Assembly: GCA_009103225.1 (NCBI GenBank)
Contig: RHPI01000560.1
Span: forward strand, 417,465 to 481,464
Direction: 5' to 3'
DNA: 64,000 bases
Source of the DNA: Chlorokybus atmophyticus
Taxonomy: Eukaryota; Plantae; Mesostigma and Chlorokybus algae
The position numbers and the translations under genes are program-made. Below are positions 31,782-42,770 of the stretch, piece by piece. The notes under the pieces were generated by a model, which ran no database searches, was not told where the DNA came from, and was given only the letters and a program-made list of their open reading frames with translations. Positions within the stretch are counted from its first letter, which is position 1; each line of letters begins with the position of its first letter.

Positions 31782-33360
31782 CTGCTGTTGCCGTTACCAC
31801 CCTGCTGCGACAATGGAGACCGAAACTGCGTGTGTTGTGCAGGTATTTGTTCTGACACCAACTACAATGCATGCATGACTGACGGGGATGGGCTGTAGTG
31901 GTAGTCGTATAAGTAGTGTGTTACTGAAGGAGTTGTGAGCCCGCTGGTCAATGATGTATGCCTTGATGTTGGTGGGTGGTTATTGTGATATGTTGAATAC
32001 TATCCTTGCATGTACTTTGGACGCTTTGCAATTTCGTACACATGTCAGTGCATATCCTGTACACACATGCACTCTTTGTACATACATGCGCTTGCACGCA
32101 TGTGTTTACAAAGAATGCATTTTCACAGCTCTTCACCATCAAGAGGCATCAGTGGCCACCGGTCGCGAGGAGACTGCCTGGGGAGCAAGCTGCCTGGTAA
32201 AGCGGCCCGTGTGTGAAGGACAGCAGCAGACACATGCAAGCTTGGCTGTGTTGTGTGCTTGCTGCCTTGACCAATTGGGCCCAATCCATCGGTGTACTAT
32301 GCACTGCCAGCAAGCAAGCCTCGGGGCTGCCCAGCCCCTACCCTACCCTACCCTACCCTTGGAGACTGCATACGTGCCATGATGGTGCTCGCCGCGGCCA
32401 TAGCAGAGCAGAGAGAGAGAGAGAGAGAGACTGCATGATTGTCCCCCACACGGCGTTTGGACAAAGAGTAACAGTGCTGCTGCTTGTGCTGCAGGTAAAC
32501 AACTGTGGATGCATGTATGTTTAATAGGGTGAGGGGGTTGTAAGAGTAGAGCAGAGTAGTTTATGCATAGAACCCGGTGGTCGAGCATATATCAGAATGT
32601 GGGTGATGTTGCTGTGAGGTTGGTGTACAGAGTGTGAGAGCTTATGCATGCTGCACGCGTGCCAAGCACTCTGGGCATGCTGCATTGGTCCTTAAGCCTT
32701 CAGTACACTTGCACAACTGCATACGTGCGCGCGCTGCTATGACACACAGTATCTGATCATGTGACGCCCAGCAGATGCCCAGCCTTTCTTTTGATCGCAG
32801 CAGCAGGACAGATCACTGCCAACAGTAGCCTTTCTGGCAATGGTGCATACGCAGTTGATACCAACCACACCAGCTACAGCACACCACAACGACAACAAGT
32901 GTACTTTGGATGAGTGCTGTGGCGGTGTACTGTTGAAGACCACGCGCACTGCATGCTGCCATGAATGTGGCACCAACAGTTAAACCACACTGATGGTAGT
33001 TGCCAACCATAACATGATGGCACATTGCAATACAACAGCACATTAACATCCTGATTGCTAAGCAAACACTCTGGTGCCAAGTTGACCATGAGCCCATGCC
33101 ATTGGCAGTGCGTTTGGCCCCTCAGCAGTGTTATGCCTTACTCAGTCAAGTTGACCAGCACCACGCTTCAGTGTGACTGTTCGTTGCAAACAGTATACAG
33201 TGCACGACTTGCAGGTGCCAACATTTGCTTCATTAATCACTAAATGTGCATAGTGAGAGGTCTGTACAACCTACAACAAGGTCATGTAGCATACAATGTG
33301 TACAATGTTCATGGGATGCGCAATGTGCTCTGCAACGGCTTGCGTGTGTGAACATACATG

Positions 33361-35912
33361 TCACTTGAGAGGACCGCGGTTGACTGGCAGCCTGACTGGG
33401 TACTGCAGTTCCGCTGCAGGTCCCTTGCGTTCATAGCGGTCAAAAAAGGCTGGACCGGAAGTCGGCCATTTGTGATTCAGATCGCCGGGTGATGCTGATG
33501 TTTGCCTGTGAACCAACCATTTCATCACTGCAAGTCCATTCGACAACTGTCTGCATTAGGGCTGGCAAGGTCAGATGACCCTATTCATTGTTGGGACGCA
33601 GAGCAAACCACGGCGATTTATGTTCAAATTTTACAGATGCAATGTGCATACCAGATCTGGTCATCAATCATCTCCTGACTCATGCCCCATGATGCCAGCT
33701 CCTCAATCGTATGATGAACAGCCAGCGAGTAACGTCCACCATCCCCAAGTTGCATCACCGTAATTGAGCAGTTTGTTGGGTTCTACATTTTGCTTTTTTG
33801 TCAGTGTCTTCTTGCTGGGCATCTTTGTGAAAGCATTCACGATGGAGTCATCAACACATACATCAGATTGCAGTGCGGTTTGCACCACCCAATCAAGGAG
33901 GCTTGAACAAGAACCAGCTGCTGCTCGTGCCAAAATCTACGATGCAGCATGATGATGCTGGTGCTTACCGTAAGTCTCTCAAACTCCTCCACGCTCCACT
34001 TGAACCAGCGCATAAGGAACACTCGCAACGTGAGGCCGTGTGACACCAGTATTAGATTCATGTTGACGTCCCGGCATTCATCTCTCCTGAAGCGCCCGAC
34101 ATCGATATCTGCCCGCAGCGTCTCTCGGAATCCTTTGCACCCAATCGCAAAGCCCAAATCAATGCCTCACCCTCTCACAATGCACACCGCATAATCATGA
34201 CAAGTCCAACAATCAACTTCTGCAGTTCATGCAGGCATTGAGGCAGGTGGGCACCGCACAGAAATTAGTAATACTTGTACCTGTTACTCTATCATACACA
34301 TCTGCGGCGCTCTCGCCATCCGGGAAGCGGTAGAAGAAGCGGCCGTATCGCAACCGGATGGCTTTCTCCACGCGCATTCTTTCTCGATCTTGAAAGTTGC
34401 CAAAATCTTGCTCCCGCAAACGAGGCTCCTCGCGCACGCCAGCTATTCGGTTCCGCTCAAAAGCCGCACCCAAACCGCGCAGCGTTTGCAAACTCCGCAA
34501 ATACGGTGAAGCATAAAAGTAGACCTGTTCAACGGACGAAATGTGTGTATTGGTGCAACAACCTGATACAAACGCTTATTGCTATTGTCAACCAACCTTG
34601 AAATTGGGTTCACCATCTGCTTCAATCATGGCCCGAATCCGCCTGCCTGCTTCTTCTGCTTGCCTTTTTCCGCTTTCTGTAAGACAAATCTTGCTGTCTG
34701 GTATTCGCGTGTATGCCTATTGACAAGCACACATAATTGGCATGCGAGTTAGAGTCCAACCATCACGGCTCTAGGGCGCGTGCATGTTGCTTAAAATCAT
34801 CAAGTGCTTAAAAGGCAGAACCCACACACATCTTCGTCGACGTTGCCTTCGCTCTCGCCGTGTCGCACGAGTATGATGCGGCGAGGCCGCTGACAAACCT
34901 GCGTGGTGACATCGCAGAATGCCGCTGGGGACTCTTCTGGGCTCACCGGTCGCCCATTCTGACTGTACCTGTTGAGTTGGGGCTAGTCAACCAAGGCATC
35001 TCGTGTACGCACCATACCAGACAACAGTTAATGGCTTCTGGAGTTGCAGCTGGCTCAGCACATTGAAGGTGCCTAACTCTAGAGCCCATACAACTGTGTG
35101 CATGTGCCCGGTGCATGGGCATCCTGGCGCGTGCCTGCGTGTACGCATGTGTGTGTGTTCTTGTCAGCCACTTACTCATCGCCTCTGATGGCCGCTCGAG
35201 GGTCGTTCATGTAAGAATTGCTCCGCCATTCTGCATATTTTGGCCTGCTGAGTTTGCCAGACCCATCGCATGCTACGAACCCTTGGGAGGAGCGCCGCTG
35301 CTGCGGGGTCCCATCGCTGCCACAGACACACACGCAATTCAGTTATCAACGGCCTTGTAGTACAACAAATATACAAAGCACAAGCCTTTGGCTAGAGTTG
35401 AGTTGAAATCATGGCGCTGGAACAATTAGCAAGCAAGCATATGCGCATTGCTTGTCAACAGCGGAAATGCTATGAATGCGGACCTCGACGAGGTAGTTAC
35501 ACAACATGAAACATACATACAACTGCACGGTGACTTCAAGCGTGTGTTTGGATCAGATTGGCTCCGGCAAGCATGTCGCTGCTGCACACAAGGGGTGTTT
35601 GGGAGCAAGTTGCTGTATGAAAGCAGGCTAACTAAAGCGAGCTAGAGCCATCGAACTGACGATTCCAGCTGTACAATGGCGCAAAAGCCCCTCATTCTCA
35701 CCTGATAAGGGCCATGCGGCCACTGAAGCAAGCAGCAGCTGCTGCCGTCGCCATGAGTCGTGTGCACTCGCAGAGCTGGCGCCCTCAAAGACAACGGCGT
35801 CAACTGCGAGACCGGATGGACTCGCACAGCTATGCAATACAACACAGAAGGTCGCCGCCGCCACCGCCGCCGCCGCTGGCACCGCCAGCACAGTAGTGAC
35901 GCCAGCTGGCAT
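33361..35912 (-). CDS. Phosphoglycerate mutase-like histidine phosphatase (AT74-like), multi-exon; 5' end uncertain
   Basis: RPRRIILVRHGESEGN (about 34890-34840), EPRLREQDFGNFQD, RFFYRFPDGESAADVYDRV, LILVSHGLTLRVFLMRWFKWSVEEFE, NPTNCSITVMQLGDGGRYSL; stop at 33361. ATG 35912 is tentative. Confidence 0.88.
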
Positions 35913-36721
35913 TACTAAGTGCTGATTTCATACTATATGATATGTTACACATAGTTACTCCTCTCGGGACAGGCGCAGATATCGGCGGAACATGCGAAAG
36001 GATATCAAATCAGATGGCCGTTCGTATGTTAAACACAGCTGTCAAGTGTTACTGATGAGTAGCTGCTATACAATGATATCAACTGCACATTGGCATTGCT
36101 GTACAAGTTGGTGTTTATGTAATGAAGCATGACCACAACATTGACAGCACAGGGTGTAGCTGCTTAGTAATGCAACTTGTCCTTGGCACTCGCACCCTTA
36201 AAGGCACACACCACCACTCTGCACGATGACTTGACAGATGTGCGGTCAGGGACCCCATACTAGCAAGCACTACGAGGGGAGGCACGGAAACCATACTAGC
36301 CAGGGATTCAGTTATTGCATTGGGGGGCTCCCACAGCAATAACGCTGCATAAAAGAAGGAAAAGGGCGAGGAACATAGCAAGAAAGGAGCGAAGAGGAAA
36401 GGAGAGGAGAGAGGAGAGGGAGGGAGAGAAGGACTCGTAAGAAGAGGGGGAGAAGGGGAGGGAAGCTTTCCCTCAAACGGTTTGAGTGCTGCAATGCGTG
36501 TTGCTACTGTTACCGTGGCCGTGCTGTCGCGAAGACAAATAAGATTATGGTTTAATTGTCAAGGCAATTATAGGCTATGGTTGCCTTGTGCAGATGCTGA
36601 ATGTTATGTAGGCAATTTGCGTACATGTATGTGTAGAGTATACGTATAGTCTACTATACCACGTGATGTAATTCAGTAGAGTAGTTGCAATTCATGCTCA
36701 CGCAGCTGACAGAGCATCCTC

Positions 36722-37062
36722 NNNNNNNNNNNNNNNNNNNNNNNNNNNNNNNNNNNNNNNNNNNNNNNNNNNNNNNNNNNNNNNNNNNNNNNNNNNNNNN
36801 NNNNNNNNNNNNNNNNNNNNNNNNNNNNNNNNNNNNNNNNNNNNNNNNNNNNNNNNNNNNNNNNNNNNNNNNNNNNNNNNNNNNNNNNNNNNNNNNNNNN
36901 NNNNNNNNNNNNNNNNNNNNNNNNNNNNNNNNNNNNNNNNNNNNNNNNNNNNNNNNNNNNNNNNNNNNNNNNNNNNNNNNNNNNNNNNNNNNNNNNNNNN
37001 NNNNNNNNNNNNNNNNNNNNNNNNNNNNNNNNNNNNNNNNNNNNNNNNNNNNNNNNNNNNNN
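36722..37062. other. Assembly gap (341 N) followed by a (TA)n run
   Basis: N run; TA repeat at 37063-37098. Confidence 0.99.
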
Positions 37063-37691
37063 TATATATATATATATATATAAATATATATATATATATG
37101 TCAATTGATTAAAAGGGCAACCCATATCGCGCTGGTCGAGGGTCATTCGAGGAGTAGCTGCAACGAATACGCATGCTGCAAGGAGCCATTCAAGGGGTTC
37201 TACAACAGAAGCCTCCATGCATGCACTAATCATAATGGATGCATGCCACGTCGTGGCGTGACGGGGATGGGCATTTAATTGCATCGGTTAGGTGAGGTAG
37301 TGGGTGACTTCACTGTGTTGCAGCTTGATGGTCGTGGTCAAACGACTATGTGTTGGCCATGTTGTATGTTGTGTGTAGTGAACCGTTCGCTACACACAGC
37401 ATGGGCTATGTGCTGCTCATGCATGGGCGCATTACACTCCGCGCCTTTTCGCACAGACGCGCGCACGCCGCGAGCAAGCAAGGCCACATGGTCTGACAAC
37501 TTGTTAGAGGATGTGGTCACGTGCGTTAATGCAGCCCTGCTGGAGTGACCCGAATAGCGCACACAGGTTATTGGCAGTGCCGGTATTGCGGTAATACCGC
37601 CCTAGTAGTCTGTGTAAGGGCAAACACATTTGCTATGCACCAACAAAACTCCATCATGGTTTGTTGTAATAGTAAAGCGCACAACAAAACA

Positions 37692-37728
37692 TGGTTTGCC
37701 ATTTTACAAGTTGTAAAATGGCAAACCA
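37692..37728. repeat. Perfect 18-bp inverted repeat with a 1-nt centre
   Basis: tggtttgccattttacaa-g-ttgtaaaatggcaaacca. Confidence 0.9.
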
Positions 37729-39790
37729 CGTTTTTTAGGTACATGTCGTGTGACACTACATGTACACAAAGCATTGCACTCTGAGATCAGCCCTGCCAAA
37801 AATTCTCCCAACCGTTACTGATACTGCAAATGCCACAAATGTAATTACACGTATACCATAGATACTATGGATGCGAAGACGGTCTCTATATCCGTAGCAA
37901 GAAGCACGAAGTCCTCGTCTCAATGATCAGCATGCTCGTGCCTCGTAACATGCTATGCTGCGCGTGTTCCCGCTTCGTATAGTTGATATTGCGAGTTGCG
38001 CAAAATTGCTACATCGGCATAAAAAAGCGTGCGTACATCTTAAACCGAGAATGCCACACGTGGCCAACAGCTGAACATAATATCCAATTATGTAGCATAT
38101 CTCCCATTCGCGAGCAACGTTGCATAAGTGCCTCAACTTTAAGGGTAGTATTGGCATGCCGTTAATGGGGCCAACATGCCAAGTTTGTTGGCATGGCGTG
38201 AATTTGCATTACTCGATGGTGGTTGGACCACTAGCTGCTTCCAATCCATGACATGACATTCTCCCAGAAACTGCACTTGAAATAAGATTTTAGCCAAGGC
38301 ATCTCATGCCATGAGCACCGTGATTGACCTATATAGAACAAAATACCGTTTTTGTGACTCTACTCCACTTTTCAATGTGCAACAAGCTCACTCATGTACG
38401 TATGCAAAGAAAATGGCAGAATGAGACATGGGCGAAACTCATTTTCTTTATTAGCAGCTCTCCTCCTCTCCTCTCCAACTCTTCATGCCATGCAGTGCAG
38501 GCTGCATAGCGTACAATTGCTAGTGCCGCCGCCCTACCGCTAGCCTGCCTGCCGGTCTAGCGTTGCACTTACACGCACATATAGGCACCAACCCCTTTAG
38601 GCCCGGCCTAGCTTAGCCTACCTATGCTTATGGAGCACCCACCAAGTGGGTAATGTGCATATGTAATGTTCAATAAGTCATCAATTTTCGATCTCTCCTT
38701 CTTGATGCAATGGGTTTGCTTATATTTTGGGCTACATATTGTATGATACATTGTGTAGCTTGGTGGTTGTGTAGTTGCAGCGTGGAGGTAAACGTGTGGC
38801 ATACTCGTCCAATGCTGCACGAGTACGCAATTGGTATCGTGCTACATGCTCAACAATGGGTTGATATGCATGAGCATAGCGTTGAGATAGCGTGCGACAT
38901 ATAAGGATGCGTGACGGATAGGCTTGCGAGCGCTGATGCTGAAAAGACAGCGTGGTATGTAGCTGTTAATCAGTTAGTAGTGGCGCTCACCATATTCATC
39001 GAGCATTGCAGTGTCGCAAAGTGAAGATGGCGATGGACAAGTGCATAAGGAGCAATTCCGTCTTGTTTATGTGACAAGCAAACCGCACACAACAATGACA
39101 CATTGGAAAAGGGGGTTTGCAGCATGCTGCGCAAATGACAATCCCAATAAGATAGACAACAGAGACTGCAGGCGGTGGTAGAAGTGTAGCGAAGGAGGGA
39201 GGGGGAGTCCACGTCCTCATGTCGTCGTTGTTGCGGCTGTTGCGAATTGGCCGCTAATCACGGCGCGTGCGCAAGTAACCAAGGCTATTGTGCATGCATG
39301 CATGATCAATAGGGGCGGTAGGGGTGCGTAGTAGATAGCAAGTGGCGCGAAAGCGCTTGCTGTAGTTCGATGGTTGTGTACACGCTTTCCGATAAGACAG
39401 TGTTTGTAGCGTGGAGGTAAGTATATACAAGATGCAAGGTGGATAACGCATATGCAAGTGACACCGCACTCACTAACAGAGATGGCATGTGTTGCATATT
39501 CGTGCGATATGGTGTAGTGCATGCTGGTGTTTGATATGCATTAATGAACTGCCTGTTCTGTATCAAGTGTGCATGATGATACGATGTGTGCTATTACTGA
39601 GGGACCCTCTTCTTTCATCATATGCATTGTATTTGCCTATGCATGCGCATATGTCATTCGCACGTGGATAACGCACATGCAAGTAACACCGCACTTACAT
39701 GTGTTGCATACTCGTGTGGTATGGTGTATTGCATGCTGGAGTTTGATATGCAGGCATTCTAGGCATTCTAACGATGCAAAGATGTAGAGC

Positions 39791-40024
39791 TGTAACGGGA
39801 AGGCACATTGAATTACCACAAATCGACCATAAAAGCACCAAGTCTTTTGTGGTCGAGTGGGCTGTGACATTGGTATCGGAGAATGTAACGGGAAGGTACA
39901 TTAAACCCAGCTGCCGAGGACGTCAGCGTTCTTAAGTGGGGGGGAATGTAACGGGAAGGCACATTGAATTACCACAAATCGACCATAAAAGCACCAAGTC
40001 TTTTGTGGTCGAGTGGGCTGTGAC
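39791..40024 (+). repeat. Duplicated 79-bp hairpin-containing unit with a third partial copy
   Basis: tgtaacgggaaggcacattgaattaccacaaatcgaccataaaagcaccaagtcttttgtggtcgagtgggctgtgaca at 39791-39869 and 39946-40024; partial tgtaacgggaaggtacattaaa near 39885. Confidence 0.85.
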
Positions 40025-40763
40025 AAGAGCACTCATGCATGCAGCTAGGTCAGTGTAGTATAGGCTAGGCTATGGCTATAAACCCGTGGTGTTATAAATC
40101 TCCTTATCTGTGTTTCAAGAACAATAAGGGAATTGTGTTTCGCTAGCAGCTACATAAGGTGCATTAATTACCGCATCTCATGCATGCGCATTCGTCATTC
40201 GCGTGTTGATTGTACACTCACACAGCATAATATTGAGGCCGCTTGCATGTCGGACCCCTATTGCAGCCTATGCACTCAGGCCACTTGAACCCACCAATGC
40301 AACTGAACAGCACTTCATGAGCCTCCCACCAAAGCGCAGTTCAACAACATGCACGCGCATGTGCACATGGCCGCAGCAACTCAGGAAGTTTTTGCCGTGC
40401 ATGCCAATCTACGGCCTTGACACGGCTGACGAAACCCTAAGTATGCAGTGGCAAAAGCAGCTGCGACAGCAGCGTGGTGGCGGAGGTTGGGAGCGGCGGC
40501 GGGGGGAGTCTGATAGTCGTTGCGGTCGTCAACATGGTCCTACTCAAGACTGACTCTACTGGCGATGTGGCAGGTAATGCATGCTTGCAGACTGACAGGG
40601 TTGGGCAGTAGAGTAGTGAAGTAGGTAGTAGTAGGTAGTGCGTACCTAGCCCGGTGGTCGTGATAGAGGTGAGTGTGGTTGTGGTTAAGTGTCCATGCAT
40701 TTGTCGTGCATGTTGCATTCATCACGTGCATATTCTGTACACACACACACACACACACACACA

Positions 40764-41416
40764 CCGTTAGGCATGCATACATGCGTATTGTTGGTTAATT
40801 ACCTGTGCAACACACGAGCAGCAGCGTCAACCACGGTAGTCCAGGTGAAGCGTAACAGCAGCAGGCAGCATGCAGCACACTCCCTCTCCCTCCCTCTCTC
40901 CCCCTCTCCCACAGTCTCCCTCCCTCTCTCCCTCTCCGTCTGTCCCTCCCCCTGCTTTCCTACTTCTTCGTCCCCTGCTCCGCCTGTTCTTTCTCCTCTG
41001 CCTCCCCCTCCTCCTGCTGTCATTGTGCCGTCGCCTCGACTGCCAACCCTTGTCGCCGCTGATCTGGCAAGGCCCCTCTGCCCCGCCCCTCTGCCCTGCC
41101 TCTCGTTCTGCAGGCTGGCATGCAGTGCTGCACTGTGGTACTGTGGCACTGCACTGTGTAGCGCTGGCAGTTAGGTGGTGCTGGTGGGGTTGGGTGGTGG
41201 GGTTGGCGGGGGACGAAGTAGGGAAACAGGGGGAGGGACAGATGGAGAGGGAGAGAGGGAGGGAGACTGTGGGAGAGGGGGAGAGAGGGAGGGAGAGGGA
41301 GTGTGCTGCATGCTGCCTGCTGCTGTTACGCTGCACCTGGACTACCATGGTTGACGCTGCTGCTCGTGTGTTGCACAGGTAATTAACCAACAAACGCATG
41401 TATGCATGCCTAACGG
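40764..41416. repeat. Fold-back: about 210-bp inverted arms around a 230-bp spacer
   Basis: 40764-40975 is the near-exact reverse complement of 41209-41416 (few substitutions, one 3-bp indel). Confidence 0.9.
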
Positions 41417-41797
41417 GGAGGTCTAGAGTAGGGTAGTGTGGTAGGTAAACAGGCAGTCAATATAGCCCGGTGGTGGTATATGTGACTGTGTTTGCATGCT
41501 GGTTGGTATGCTATGCTGTTGTGACGTCATGCTTGTCGCCAATTGTCTCGCGCATATCCTGTACACACACCGTGGTTGACGCTGCTGCTCGTGTGTTGCA
41601 CAGGTAATTAACCAACAATACGCATATATGCATGCCTAACGGGGAGGTCTAGAGTAGGGTAGTGTGGTAGGTAAACAGGCAGTCAACATAGCCCGGTGGT
41701 GGTGTATGTGACTGTGTTTGCATGCTGGTTGGTATGCTATGCTGTTGTGACGTCATGCATGTCGCCAATTGTCTCGCGCATATCCTATACACACACG
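41347..41797 (+). repeat. 225-bp tandem duplication overlapping the right fold-back arm
   Basis: ggttgacgctgctgctc at 41349 and 41574; both units nearly identical through gcgcatatcct. Confidence 0.9.
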
Positions 41798-42770
41798 CCC
41801 ATGTGGGCAGGTGATTACCAACTGCATATTGACTGCTGCATGTCTAACGGGGTAGAGGCAGTAGCATGCTAGTAGTAGCCCGGTGGTCAACTAATTGTCA
41901 TTTGTACGACACCTTGCATGTATTGCTGCGTGCTGACTGAACTACACGTTGTGCATGCGCATGCATGTCCTGCATTTGATGTACACACACTTGCTACTGC
42001 TGGTGACGCAGGTACTGCACTGAGTTGGTGCGACGGTTGCTGCCTTGGGGCTATGCATACGGTGGAGAAGTTTAGCTGATAGATCAACTACTGGCGGTGG
42101 TGACTGCAATATGATGACGGCTGTGGTTGACTGCTGCTGTGTATGGGCATGTGCACGTCGATGAACTGAGTGCGCATTCAAACACCTTTTGAGTATGATA
42201 CAGCACCCAGTACACACAGACACACACATATAAACAAGTACACAACAAACATGAACGGCCTGCACAGTTGACTGTATAGCACATGAGATTAAGCAGCAAT
42301 GCGAATGCAATGCTACGAGCAGCAGCATGTACAGACTGGACGTGCACAAGTAGATATGATGCATGAAGTTACACAACGCCAGCTCAGACCACGCCCTGCC
42401 TTCTGCAACAACTGACCTGACGCAGCGCATCACACCGTTACATCTAGAAAGCAACAGCTACATGCACCGTCATATACTAGACACTACCATTGCGACATCT
42501 GTAGTGCAGTACAGGTAAGCAATGTACCAAAGAGTGCAGCTAATATGGAAGTCTGCGTGGCAACTCAAGCGTTGTCATGCCCAATCAGGCTGCCCTGGCA
42601 GATAAACGCATCCCGCACACCACAGCGGCTTCAAGTAGACCTGTTTGAGCACAGATTTCGCAAAGCCATTGCGGGTACCCGCGACGTGTGTGCAAGCAGC
42701 CGGCACGCGCAGCCATTGACCACCTGGCGCCTGCGCCTGCTTATGCGTAATGCACCTGTATTCTAAGGTG

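Noticed and set aside
36673-37284. ORFs spanning the N run
   Set aside because: Artefacts of the assembly gap.
39791-40024. CRISPR-like repeat-spacer look
   Set aside because: Only three repeats, uneven spacing, identical spacers, eukaryotic context, no cas genes.
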